Notes under the pieces: generated by a model
Told to the model about the DNA's origin: nothing
The model's input: only the letters and a program-made list of their open reading frames with translations
Database searches by the model: none
Program-made: the position numbers and the translations under genes
Shown here: positions 39,960 through 49,629 of the stretch, one piece after another
How the letters are laid out: each line of letters starts with the position of its first letter
How positions within the stretch are numbered: the first letter of the stretch is position 1
From: Methanothrix sp.
Lineage (GTDB): Archaea; Halobacteriota; Methanosarcinia; Methanotrichales; Methanotrichaceae
Direction: 5' to 3'
Assembly: GCA_040770465.1 (NCBI GenBank)
Contig: JAXGJB010000004.1
Coordinates: forward strand, 47,117-111,116
Length of the DNA: 64,000 nt

Positions 39960-42359
39960 TCAGTCTGAGGCGATGGCCTCGACGGGATCGAGGTTTGACG
40001 CCCTGATGGCGGGGTAGAGCCCCGCAAGGAGGTTCAGGGCCAGGGCGAACAGGACCGAGTAGACGACCAGCTCCGGCCGCAAGGAGAAGGTGAGGGCGAC
40101 GCCGCCAAAGCCGGAGGGGCCGTAAGCCGCGATGAGCCTTCCCGCCAATAAGCCGACGATCGATCCCAGCAGACCTCCCGGGACGGCGAGGAGGAGGTTC
40201 TCCAGGATGAAGATCTTCAGGATCGATCCTCTATCGGCGCCCATTGCCATGAGGATTCCGATCTCCCGGGTCCTCCGGCTTATGATCATGATGGTGGTGT
40301 TTGCTATAACGAAGCCGGAGATGGCAAGGATCATGGAGTAGAAGATGAGGTTTATCCGAGACTGGGTCCCGACGAACCTTGCGATCTCCCGGCTGTACTC
40401 CTGCCACGAGCTGGTCTCGCGGCGGAGGCTCTGTCTGAGGGCGGCGGCGGCCGCTGGCGCCTCCTCGAAGTCGGAGAGCCTAACCCCGATCTCGGAGACG
40501 ACGTCCCCCTCCCCCACCAGGTCCTGAGCCGTCTCCAGTTGGAGGTAGACGAGGCTGTAGTCCTTGACCGTCCCCTTCTCGACGAGCCCCGCCACCTTGA
40601 GCCTGACCACCCTATCCTTCAAGACCAGGTCGAAGCTCTCCCCCGGCCGGATCTCCAGGTTCTCGGCGAGCTTCGACCCTATGAAGGCCGAGCGCGGCCT
40701 ATACTTCAGCTCCGAGAAGTCTCCGGAGAGAATCGAGTCCTGGACGTTCATGAGAATGTCTTCGGAGCCGGGATCGACGCCGACGAACTCCACCCCCTCG
40801 ACGTTCTCCCTGTAACTTGCGGCCCCCTGGCCGACGAGCCTTGCCGAGACGGCGACGACGCCGGGATATTCCCAGACGCGGTCGGATAAGGTCCTGTAGA
40901 GGTGGAGGTACTCCTCGTCCTCTTTCGGCTCGATGTAGAGGTGAGGGTTCTTCTCGATGGTGCTGGCCACGATCTCGGTTCGCACGCCAGAGGTGAGGCC
41001 AAGAGACATTATGATCACCCCCACCGCCACCCCCACCGAGAGGAGGGTGAAGGCGGTACCCCTCCTGTTTGAGACTATGTGCCTCGTCGCAAGAGCCGTC
41101 TCAAACCCGAGGGAGATGCAGCGGCAGACAAATCGCTCCTCGAAGAAGGTCGGCCGCCAGATCGTCCGCCTCCGCCAGGCGACCTCTGCGCCCTTGAGAG
41201 CCTCGACGGGGTCGAGGTTTGAGGCCCGGACGGCGGGATAGGCTCCGGCGAGGACGCTGAGGCCGAGGGCCAGGAGGACGTAGGTGGGAAAGTCCCAGGG
41301 GTTGATCACCAGGGGGATGGAGCTGAGGTCTCTTCCGCCGGCGGTTATCTCGAACCTGAAGCTTCCGAGGGCGAGGATTCCGAGGAGTCCCAGGACGGAG
41401 CCGAGGAGGCCGCCAAGAAGCCCCAGAATCCCGCTCTCGAAGATGAAGATCTTGAGGAGGCTCGATTGGTCGGCTCCCAGGGCGAGGAGCATTCCCATCT
41501 CCCGGACCTTCTCCAGGACCAGCATGTTCATGATGGCGGCGATCCCGAAGGCGGCGATGATCATCACAAAGAAGATGGACAGGCTCCTCCAGAAGCCTCC
41601 TACGCTGATCGACCGGACGATCTCGGGGTTTGTCTCCTGCCAGCTCATGGCGTCGCGGCCGAGGTCGTCGACGGCGGCGGCGACCCTCTCCGCATCGTCG
41701 ATATCGAAGAGCCGCAGCTCAATGGAGTTCACCACGTCCCCCTCGTCGAGGAAGTCTCGTGCGGTCTTGAGGGAGACGTAGGCGAAGCTCTCGTCGAGGG
41801 GCGTCCCGGTATCGAAGATCCCCACCAGCTCCAGGTCCGTCGTTTTGGCTCGAGGGAAGGTCGCCTCCACCCGGTCGCCGACCAAAAGGCCGAGGTCGTC
41901 GGCCAGCTTGAACCCCATCACCACGTTTTTTCCGTCCAGGATGTCGAAGAACTCGCCCTCGACCATCGATTCGCTGATCTTGTAGATGGCGTCCTCGTCG
42001 GCGGGGTCGACGCCCCGGAGGAGGGCGTTTCGGTTCTTGTCCTTGAAAGAGACCGTCGCCTGGGTGGATAGGGTCGCAGAGACCGACCTGACCCCTTCGA
42101 TGGCGGCGACCTTCTCCAGAAGGCCGCGATAGAGGTGGATGTACTTCTCGTCCCCCGAAGGCATGATCCGGACGTGGGGGAGCTTCTCCTCGACGATGTC
42201 GGTCAGAAGCTCCTGGGAGCCGTTTCCAAGGGAGGTGAAGATGAGGGATATGGAGACGGCGAAGGCAACGGCTGTCACCGATAGAAGGGTCTGGCGCCTG
42301 TGTGACGTGACGTGCTTTGCGGCGACGAAGAAATCGAAGCGGGACGCTATTGGGGACAA
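39960..42359 (-). CDS. Tandem-fused MacB/FtsX (LolC/E-like) ABC permease
   Basis: Two homologous halves, each with RE(M/I)G(M/I)LxA(L/M)GA and YPAxRASNLDPVEA. Confidence 0.88.
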   Translation of the reverse strand: MSPIASRFDFFVAAKHVTSHRRQTLLSVTAVAFAVSISLIFTSLGNGSQELLTDIVEEKLPHVRIMPSGDEKYIHLYRGLLEKVAAIEGVRSVSATLSTQATVSFKDKNRNALLRGVDPADEDAIYKISESMVEGEFFDILDGKNVVMGFKLADDLGLLVGDRVEATFPRAKTTDLELVGIFDTGTPLDESFAYVSLKTARDFLDEGDVVNSIELRLFDIDDAERVAAAVDDLGRDAMSWQETNPEIVRSISVGGFWRSLSIFFVMIIAAFGIAAIMNMLVLEKVREMGMLLALGADQSSLLKIFIFESGILGLLGGLLGSVLGLLGILALGSFRFEITAGGRDLSSIPLVINPWDFPTYVLLALGLSVLAGAYPAVRASNLDPVEALKGAEVAWRRRTIWRPTFFEERFVCRCISLGFETALATRHIVSNRRGTAFTLLSVGVAVGVIIMSLGLTSGVRTEIVASTIEKNPHLYIEPKEDEEYLHLYRTLSDRVWEYPGVVAVSARLVGQGAASYRENVEGVEFVGVDPGSEDILMNVQDSILSGDFSELKYRPRSAFIGSKLAENLEIRPGESFDLVLKDRVVRLKVAGLVEKGTVKDYSLVYLQLETAQDLVGEGDVVSEIGVRLSDFEEAPAAAAALRQSLRRETSSWQEYSREIARFVGTQSRINLIFYSMILAISGFVIANTTIMIISRRTREIGILMAMGADRGSILKIFILENLLLAVPGGLLGSIVGLLAGRLIAAYGPSGFGGVALTFSLRPELVVYSVLFALALNLLAGLYPAIRASNLDPVEAIASD

Positions 42360-42823
42360 AGCAGGTTATATTTTGGCCTTGAAAGTTTATAGCCGTTCTC
42401 TCCAGAGCCAGGTATTTCTGCAAACCCGAGGACCGGGTGGACCGGCTGAAGGAGATCATGCCGGTGGTCTTGGGGGGGTGGTGAGGCGGGCGATCGCCCG
42501 GGCGGCGCGTCGTGGGCCGGGGGCGTGATTTGGAGTGATGGGGTTCACGCTTGGATAATCAGCAGCATTGGGGAACTGGGGCGGTATTTTAGACTTTGAA
42601 TCGATAGAAGGATTTCTGGGAGATAATATCGTTCTAAGGTCTCTCAGAGGTAGGTAGTGAGCGGAAAGTTCCAGATCCCAGATAGGGGAAGGACAGAGAA
42701 CTCTATTAGAGTTGCTTCACGGATCTCTTGTCCGTCCCTGAAATCCTCTAGGGGGAAACAATTTAATGATAGGAAATCAACGTAACTACTGAGGGTGAAT
42801 AGCAGGACGTCAATAAAAGGGAA

Positions 42824-42854
42824 TATCTAAAGCCGTTGACTGCGGCTTCAGATA
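42824..42854 (-). terminator. Hairpin followed by a U-rich tract, putative terminator
   Basis: TATCT-A-AAGCCG/CGGCTT-C-AGATA stem, followed on the minus strand by TTCCCTTTTATT. Confidence 0.45.
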
Positions 42855-42950
42855 CCGAAAAACTTGGATAATACTGCGACGAGTTGTGCAAGATCGGCAA
42901 GTATGGACAGTATGGCCCTGCCCTTACCTGTTATCCTTTTTGGCGTCCAT
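42848..42950 (-). pseudogene. Candidate 33-aa amphipathic micropeptide gene with a one-base frameshift in an A5 run
   Basis: GGAGGTGA RBS then ATG; frame 0 reads MDAKKDNR*, +1 frame reads RITGKGRAILSILADLAQLVAVLSKFFGI*. Confidence 0.4.
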
Positions 42951-43010
42951 TTTCACCTCCTACGAACGCCTACTATCGGACCAAAAGTAGTTAACACCTT
43001 TGGCCCAAAC

Positions 43011-43026
43011 AATATAAAGTTATATT
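43011..43026. promoter_or_regulatory. AT-rich perfect inverted repeat, TATA-like or operator-like
   Basis: AATATAA-AG-TTATATT about 60 nt upstream of the micropeptide ATG. Confidence 0.35.
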
Positions 43027-43313
43027 TTAAGTGTACAAATTCTAACCACATGTTATTTTTCAAAACATTTCTTTCTATTTAAAATTACAAAAAATAGCCG
43101 ATAATAAGGGGTCTTGAACCCCTATAAACACAGAATTAGGGAAGATAGTGCATCATGAAGGTACACATCGGATTATTGGAAAATAGCAGCTCTTTCCGTC
43201 AATCGCGAATAGGGATTATAATTTATTCAATTTATCAGAATTATTAATGTAGACTATGCCTGACTTCCAGCCCGCCGACAACTACATGCCCTTTGACCCC
43301 CCGAAAATAGAGC

Positions 43314-43844
43314 ATGGTCCATGTCGAAGTTACAAAGCAGGACGTGAGAGCCCTCTCCGCCGAGGTGAGAAACCTCCCAGGGGCACTATTCGGCGGGAGC
43401 GGACCCCTCCTCCGCCCTTTCCTCCCGAGGCTCGAAGAGCTCCTCCCGCCCGAAAAGAGGGGCAGGGGGGACAACTACGTCTCATCCACCCTCAAGGCCC
43501 ACGTCGACGCCGTCGAGGCCGACGAGGACCACCTCCGGGTCGAGAGCGAAGGAAGGGCGGTCGAGATCACCAGGGCCGAGCTTGAGACGATCCTCGAAGA
43601 GAAGTTTCCGACCTTCGACCACCAGAACCTCAACCTCCCGGGCCTTCTCTTCCTCCAGTCCGGCCCGGTCCTCCAGGCCTGCACCCTCCAGCAGCTCGCG
43701 CGAGACCACGGGGTGAGGGTGCCGGGCGGACGGCGGACCCTCCGATACGTCTTCCACACCACCGTCGTCTCCATCGGCGCCGACCGGGACGGCATTCGGA
43801 TCGAGTTCGACCTCGACCGCCTGCCAAATTTATCTGGGAACTAA
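43314..43844 (+). CDS. Hypothetical protein
   Basis: 176-aa ORF with host-like codon usage, convergent with GGR. Confidence 0.7.
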   Translation: MVHVEVTKQDVRALSAEVRNLPGALFGGSGPLLRPFLPRLEELLPPEKRGRGDNYVSSTLKAHVDAVEADEDHLRVESEGRAVEITRAELETILEEKFPTFDHQNLNLPGLLFLQSGPVLQACTLQQLARDHGVRVPGGRRTLRYVFHTTVVSIGADRDGIRIEFDLDRLPNLSGN

Positions 43845-45016
43845 ACTATCAGGTGCCGCAGCTTCAATAGCAGCTTCGGGTTCTGCCGGACCAGGACCTT
43901 CAAAAGACCCTTCAGATCCAGTTCTGCGACGTTGACCCCGTCCAGGGAGTGGATCAGACTGTTCAGGTCATCGTCGGTGAGGTCGACGAAGAACTCCTTC
44001 ACCCCGAAGTTCCTGGTGATCGACTTTCCGATCGTCTCCCGCCACCTCTTCTCGTAGACCGAGAGAGCTTTCCTGTCGAGCTCCCCTTTTGGGACCAGAT
44101 CGGCGGCGATCTCGCCCGCCATCACCCCCGCCCTCATCCCGTTGATGATCCCGCCGCCGGTGATGGGGTCAGACTGCCTCGCGGCGTCCCCCACCAGGAT
44201 CACGCCGTCGGCGACCGTCGCCTCGATGGGTCCGGAGACGGGAACCCCGCCCGCCATCATCTCCAGGACCTTCCCGTCGGGGAAGTTGGTTTTCATGAAC
44301 TTTCTCAGAAGCCTGATGGGGGTCCCGGAGTCCGCCTTCGAGCCCAGGACGCCGATCCCGACGTTGGCGAGAGAGTGGCCCTTGGGGAATGACCATACGT
44401 ACCCGCCGGGGGCGATCTCGTTTCCGAGGTAAAACTCGCAGTAATCGTCATCGATTCCGTCGTCCTGGACGAGAAACTGGGCGCAGGTCTCGATGTCCTT
44501 CGGCTTGAGGGCGGTGTCGATCCCAGCCCATCGGCCGACCTTCGACTCGACCCCGTCGGCGCCGATGACCAGCGGCGCCTCGATCTTCAGGTTCTCGCCG
44601 ACGAACGCGGCGCTGACCCCAGCTGGGACGCCCTTCTCCCAGAGGAGGCCGAGAGCCCTCGTCTTCACCATAACCTTCGCTCCGGCCTCGGCGGCCCGCT
44701 GGGCGAGGGCCCGGTCGAAGACCTTCCTCTCCAGGACGTAGCCCACCTCCGCCCCGGCCCTGTCCTCGGAGATGACGATCTCGGTCCCGTCGGGAGCCCG
44801 GATCCTCGCCCCCTTCACATCGGCGGATATCCAGGATGGGTCGGGCTCCACCAGCTTCTTGAGGGCGGCCTTGCTGACACCCTCGGCGCACCGGACGGGG
44901 TCGCCGATCTCCTGCCTCTTCTCCAGCATGACGACGTCGAGCCCCGCCTCGGCCGCGACCTTCGCCGTCATCGACCCGGCTGGCCCCGCCCCCACCACCA
45001 CAAGGTCGCACTTCAT
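43841..45016 (-). CDS. Digeranylgeranylglycerophospholipid reductase (GGR)
   Basis: VVGAGPAG, PVRCAEG, PGGYVWSFPK, GDAA; real start ATG 45016 (MKCDLVVV). Confidence 0.93.
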   Translation of the reverse strand: MKCDLVVVGAGPAGSMTAKVAAEAGLDVVMLEKRQEIGDPVRCAEGVSKAALKKLVEPDPSWISADVKGARIRAPDGTEIVISEDRAGAEVGYVLERKVFDRALAQRAAEAGAKVMVKTRALGLLWEKGVPAGVSAAFVGENLKIEAPLVIGADGVESKVGRWAGIDTALKPKDIETCAQFLVQDDGIDDDYCEFYLGNEIAPGGYVWSFPKGHSLANVGIGVLGSKADSGTPIRLLRKFMKTNFPDGKVLEMMAGGVPVSGPIEATVADGVILVGDAARQSDPITGGGIINGMRAGVMAGEIAADLVPKGELDRKALSVYEKRWRETIGKSITRNFGVKEFFVDLTDDDLNSLIHSLDGVNVAELDLKGLLKVLVRQNPKLLLKLRHLIV

Positions 45017-45201
45017 GTCTCTGCCTCCGCCTCTTTTACCAGCTCCAGAGCGCCCAGGGGACAGATCTTGGTGCACCTGCCACAGCTGGTGCAGTCGTCG
45101 CTCACCTCGATCCAGGTCTCCACCAGCTCCAGGGCGGCGGCGGGGCAGACCCCCACGCAGGCCCCGCAGTAACCACACTTGTATCGATTGACTGAAAGCA
45201 T
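45013..45201 (-). CDS. 2x[4Fe-4S] ferredoxin (62 aa)
   Basis: CGYCGACVGVCP and CTSCGRCTKICP. Confidence 0.93.
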   Translation of the reverse strand: MLSVNRYKCGYCGACVGVCPAAALELVETWIEVSDDCTSCGRCTKICPLGALELVKEAEAET

Positions 45202-45215
45202 CGGACCATCCCTCC

Positions 45216-45485
45216 TCAATAGACCACCTTGAACTCGTCGATCTCCTGGCACCGGACCTCGGATATATCCATGCCGGAGACCAGGGCCCGGGCGGGTCCC
45301 GTCTTCATCTGGGCGAGCAGCTCCCCCACCTTCTTCCTCTCTCCCTGGAGGAGGGCTTCCACCCCTCCCCCCGGAAGGTTCTGGACCCAGCCCTTGACCC
45401 CCAGCTCTGCGGCTTGGGTCCTGGTGAAGCTTCTGTAGCCCACGCCCTGGACTCTGCCGGATACCCGGACCCTGACGCATATCAT
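45216..45485 (-). CDS. acyP: Acylphosphatase
   Basis: VSGRVQGVGYR, GWVQN; GGAGGTGA RBS. Confidence 0.92.
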   Translation of the reverse strand: MICVRVRVSGRVQGVGYRSFTRTQAAELGVKGWVQNLPGGGVEALLQGERKKVGELLAQMKTGPARALVSGMDISEVRCQEIDEFKVVY

Positions 45486-45490
45486 GGGGA

Positions 45491-46168
45491 TCACCTCCGG
45501 ATCCCGGAGAGGAGGTCCTCCAGCGCCCTCTTCTGATCTTTTGCCTTGATGATCCCCGAGGCGAGAAGAACCCCAACCGAACCCAGATCGAGGGCGGCTT
45601 TGAGGTCCTCGCCCCGGCTGATCCCAGCGCCGCAGAGGACGCCGACCTCGGGCTCGATCCTCTTCACAGCCTCGACAGACCCCGTGACGACCCCCGGATC
45701 GGCCTTGGAGACGGGAATGCCGCTACCTATCAACTCCGGGGGCTCCACAGCCACATAGTCGGGCTTGATGGCGGCCGCCGCCCTGGTGGTGGCGATGTTG
45801 TTGGTGCAGACGATCGTCGAAAGGCCCTCTGCCCTGCAGGCCGCGATGGACGCCTCGATCTCCGAGAGCTTCAGCCTCCTCTCCGAATGGTTTATCAGGG
45901 TGCCGCTGGCCCCGGCGGACTTGACCGAGGCGGCGGTTACGTGACCTGTGTAGCCGCCAAACCCGACGCCGTCGACGTGCTGAGCGTATACCGGGATCGA
46001 GACGTTCTCCGAGATGAGCCGGATGTCCGCCGCCTGGGGGACCACCACCATCTCCACATCGTACTGATCTTTCGCCTCCTCACAGATCCGAGAGAGCTTC
46101 AGGGCCTCCTCGCCCGTCGCCTCTGCGTAAGTCTTGAAGTTGAGAACTACCTTCGTCATCATCATCAC
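45491..46168 (-). CDS. tpiA: Triosephosphate isomerase (archaeal)
   Basis: NFKTY, NHSERR, AVEPPELIG; start is one of several adjacent Met codons. Confidence 0.95.
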   Translation of the reverse strand: MMMMTKVVLNFKTYAEATGEEALKLSRICEEAKDQYDVEMVVVPQAADIRLISENVSIPVYAQHVDGVGFGGYTGHVTAASVKSAGASGTLINHSERRLKLSEIEASIAACRAEGLSTIVCTNNIATTRAAAAIKPDYVAVEPPELIGSGIPVSKADPGVVTGSVEAVKRIEPEVGVLCGAGISRGEDLKAALDLGSVGVLLASGIIKAKDQKRALEDLLSGIRR

Positions 46169-46476
46169 CTGCGGCCGGGAATCCTTTGCATAGCTTCGAG
46201 TTGGGGCCGCTTAATTATAGTTCAATCGACGCATATTTTTCGACGGAAGGACATCGCCTTCAAGGGGAGCCCACCCCTACCTGCGGGATCCGTCTCCTGG
46301 GTATGACGGATGATCTGGTCATTGGGCCGTCATCGCCGTGATGCATCTCCGTTCGGATTCTTCTGATTCGAGTCCCTTCTTATGAGATAAAATCGTGATG
46401 GTGCAGCCTCCGATGGCCGAAGTCGTCAACGAACGGAAGGTTGCTGGAACGGATCCCGCCTCATCCGGGAGACCCG

Positions 46477-46884
46477 TCAGATCATGACGCTGGTCTTGAG
46501 TATGTACTTTATCAAATCCTCCGATAGCTTGGTCTCTCTTTTTACCAAAGTTACGATCTCGTCAATTTTCCGCCCTTCTGACATCAGTTTAGATAATCTC
46601 CCTATGACGTCCTCGCTGATCTCATAGTACTCGTCGATGTCTTTTCTGTGACCCCAGACGTCTCCTCTGAGAAGCTCCACACCCTGAATCTCCAGAAACT
46701 GGCGTGCAGCCTTGGACATGGTCCTGTAGTAGGATGGGGGTGTCTGAACGGTCCGGATCCTTGGGCATCTCTGTATCAGCGCCATCACGTCCATATTCGA
46801 CGGCCTGAAGGCCAGATGGATCATCTGCTCGTTGGGGTTCAGCTCCGGGATCTCCTCTTTCGAACTCACAACCCTCAGTCTCAT
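46477..46884 (-). CDS. DUF1699 family protein
   Basis: HLAFRPSN and GDVWGHRKD motifs. Confidence 0.85.
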   Translation of the reverse strand: MRLRVVSSKEEIPELNPNEQMIHLAFRPSNMDVMALIQRCPRIRTVQTPPSYYRTMSKAARQFLEIQGVELLRGDVWGHRKDIDEYYEISEDVIGRLSKLMSEGRKIDEIVTLVKRETKLSEDLIKYILKTSVMI

Positions 46885-47155
46885 GATGCATAGTATGATA
46901 CTAAAATATTTATACATAGTGGTTATCCTCAAATTTCGGCTTTCCGGACTTTTAGGAAAAATACGTATTTTAGAAAATATTCACGTAAACTCAAAAGCCG
47001 GAGAAATTATGTCGGCTGTTTTTCTGGAGGCGGCCGAGAGGCCGGCGGCATGGGAAAACTCGAAGATCGGAAAAAGAGAAGGAGGGTCAAAGGTACGGGG
47101 CCAATCGCCATGAGGGCCGTCGCCCAAAGACCATCGTGAGGTGTCAGAAAGCCGA

Positions 47156-48223
47156 TCAGAAAGCCGATCCGGCGCCGTTTCTCCGTCGGTCTTGCCTCGA
47201 CCTGAAGGATGAAATGGCCTTCGCAGAGCTTGAGAGGCAGCGGGCCGCCATCTTCTGGCTCGGCCAGGAGCCAAGGCCGCAGTCCGGCCCGGCGTACCGA
47301 ACCCGGTCGCCGAAGAGGCGGCAGGCTTCGGCGAGCCTTCTCTCCATCAGCTCGACGGTCTCGATCGCGAAGACCTCTCTCTCCAGCCGATCGGGATCTC
47401 GCCAGAGGTTCGTATCAAGCCGATCGTTCAGCTGAGCCACCAGGGCGTTGATGTCTGTCCTCGCGATGCCGGCTCTGATGAAGGCGTCGTTCTCCGCCAG
47501 AACATCCCGATCGACGAGCTTGAGGTAGTCGGGATTTCCTGCCGACTCGACCCCGATGACGTTGATCCCAGGGACGCGGGAGCATAGGTCGGCCATCAGA
47601 GGCGAGTGGAGATGGACCTCGCAGTCGATCTTCGCGCAGGGGCGGGCGGCGATCTCCAGGGCCTCCGAGATCTGGTCGTCGGTGAAGATGACGTTCGGGC
47701 TGATCCCCAGGCTAGGCTCGTCTATGGAGGCGACGGCGACATCGAAGTGGCGGGCTTTCAGCGCCATCTCAAGAAACCTCGCGACGCTTTTCGCGAGGTT
47801 TTCGAGGATGTCGGCGTAGTCGGTGGCGCCGAACCGGGCGAGGTAGAGCTCGACGGGTCCGGTGACGCATACCCTCGCCTGAAGCCTTTTTCCACCCACA
47901 CCCTCTCCCTCATCCACCCGTTCCATCTCTTTACCCAGGGACTCCAGCGCCTCAAGCTCCAGGATCCGGGCATCCTCCGACCGGACGATGTAGGGGCTCT
48001 CGGAACGAGCGGGGTCCTCGATGGGGTCCATGAACATCTTGATCATGTCCCGAAACTGGGGGTAGGTGGGCCGCTCGACTCCGGCCTCGATCTTCTGGGC
48101 CATGGCGTCCCTGACCAGCGCGAGATACGAGTCGCCCGAGGGGAGGCTCTCCCTGGTCATGCCCGTCGGGAGGGGGTAGCTTCCGATGTCGTCGAAGATT
48201 ATCGCGGGTTCCGTGCTCGTCAT
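47156..48223 (-). CDS. Core (single-barrel) cobalamin-independent-type methionine synthase, MesC-like
   Basis: DDIGSYP, IDEPSLG, HLH, PDCGL. Confidence 0.85.
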   Translation of the reverse strand: MTSTEPAIIFDDIGSYPLPTGMTRESLPSGDSYLALVRDAMAQKIEAGVERPTYPQFRDMIKMFMDPIEDPARSESPYIVRSEDARILELEALESLGKEMERVDEGEGVGGKRLQARVCVTGPVELYLARFGATDYADILENLAKSVARFLEMALKARHFDVAVASIDEPSLGISPNVIFTDDQISEALEIAARPCAKIDCEVHLHSPLMADLCSRVPGINVIGVESAGNPDYLKLVDRDVLAENDAFIRAGIARTDINALVAQLNDRLDTNLWRDPDRLEREVFAIETVELMERRLAEACRLFGDRVRYAGPDCGLGSWPSQKMAARCLSSSAKAISSFRSRQDRRRNGAGSAF

Positions 48224-48247
48224 TCAGATCGCCTCCAATCGCCTCCA

Positions 48248-49600
48248 TCAGGAGAAGAGCTTCGATAGCTTCTCCTTAAAGGCCTGGTACTCTCCTGCCA
48301 CCAGATCGAACCGCTCGTCCATCTCGTCGAGGCGGGAGAGGCCGGCGGGAACCGGCGGCTCAAGGCCGACGGCCCTGACCACCTCTTCGGGAAACTTGGC
48401 GGGGTCGGCGGTCTCAAGAGAGACGCATGGGCTCCAGTCCTCGACCTCTTTGAGGTACCGAGAAAGGCCCGCCCAGCCGACGGCCCCGTGAGGTTCCAGG
48501 AGCGCATCAAACCTGTTGTAGGCGTCGGAGATCGTACGCCGGGTCTCGGCATCGGTGACCGAGACCGCGAAGATCTCCCGCCTCATCGCCTCGATCTCGG
48601 GCGCCCGAACGACCCGGCCGGTCTCGTCCATCTCTCCGCCGTAGAGCCAGAAGACCCGGGCGAGGTTGGAGGGGTGGCCGACGTTCATTGCGTTGGAGAT
48701 GCATTTGACGGAGGGGCTTATCGGCCGGTAGTCGCCGGTCGCCATGAACCGCGGAAACTCGTCGTTCTCATTCGTCGCTATCACGAACCGATGGACGGGA
48801 AGGCCCATCCTCATGGCGATGAGCCCCGCCATGACGTTTCCGAAGTTGCCGCAGGGGACGGAGAAGACGATCTCGCGGTCTGGGGCCGCGGTTCGCGACC
48901 AGGCGTAGAAGTAGTAGATCGATTGGGGTATCAGTCGGCCGACGTTGATGGAGTTCGCGGACGACAGGTTGAGATCTATGAAGTCGGGTTCGACGAAGGC
49001 CTGCTTCACCATCGCCTGGCAGTCGTCGAACTTGCCGTCGACGGCCATCACGTGGACGTTCTTTCCCAGGGTGGTCATCTGCTTTCTCTGCCTTCCGGTC
49101 ACCTCCTTCTCCGGGAAGAGGACGACGACTTCGATGTTGTCGAGGTCGTAGAAGGCGTGGGCGACGGCGCTTCCGGTGTCACCAGAGGTCGCGGTGAGGA
49201 TCACCATCGATCGGCCCTCTTGCTTGAGGAAGTACTGCATGAGCCGGCCCATCAGCCGGGCGGCGAAGTCCTTGAAGGAGAAGGTGGGGCCTTTGTCGAG
49301 CCTCATGACAAACTTCTCGTCGTAGACCTTCTCCAGCGGCACGGGATAGTCGTAGGCGTCTTTGAGGATCGCGACTAGATCCTCCTCAGGGACCAGGTCT
49401 CCCAGGTAGGGGCGCATCACCCGGAGGGCGATCTCGGGGTACTCCATCTCCGAAAAGCGAGCCAGCTCCTCCTTCGAGATTCTGGGGATCTCTTCGGGGA
49501 CGTAGAGACCCTTGTCGGGGGCCTGGCCCCGGAGGAGGGCGCCCTTGAAGTCGAGGAGCTCGGGGTGGCCGTTGGTGCTGGAATATTCTATTTTCTTCAT
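48248..49600 (-). CDS. thrC: Threonine synthase (long, E. coli/yeast-type)
   Basis: GPTFSFKD, ATSGDTG, SANSIN, PCGNFGN. Confidence 0.92.
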   Translation of the reverse strand: MKKIEYSSTNGHPELLDFKGALLRGQAPDKGLYVPEEIPRISKEELARFSEMEYPEIALRVMRPYLGDLVPEEDLVAILKDAYDYPVPLEKVYDEKFVMRLDKGPTFSFKDFAARLMGRLMQYFLKQEGRSMVILTATSGDTGSAVAHAFYDLDNIEVVVLFPEKEVTGRQRKQMTTLGKNVHVMAVDGKFDDCQAMVKQAFVEPDFIDLNLSSANSINVGRLIPQSIYYFYAWSRTAAPDREIVFSVPCGNFGNVMAGLIAMRMGLPVHRFVIATNENDEFPRFMATGDYRPISPSVKCISNAMNVGHPSNLARVFWLYGGEMDETGRVVRAPEIEAMRREIFAVSVTDAETRRTISDAYNRFDALLEPHGAVGWAGLSRYLKEVEDWSPCVSLETADPAKFPEEVVRAVGLEPPVPAGLSRLDEMDERFDLVAGEYQAFKEKLSKLFS

Positions 49601-49629
49601 AGGCACGGAGAGATGGGGAGGGATCATCT

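Noticed and set aside
43841-45576. Extended GGR (445 aa) and 187-aa ferredoxin ORFs
   Set aside because: The extensions overlap real neighbouring genes; true starts are at 45016 and 45201
43841-46168. tpiA-acyP-ferredoxin-GGR operon as novel
   Set aside because: Ferredoxin-coupled GGR is already described in Methanosarcina; housekeeping
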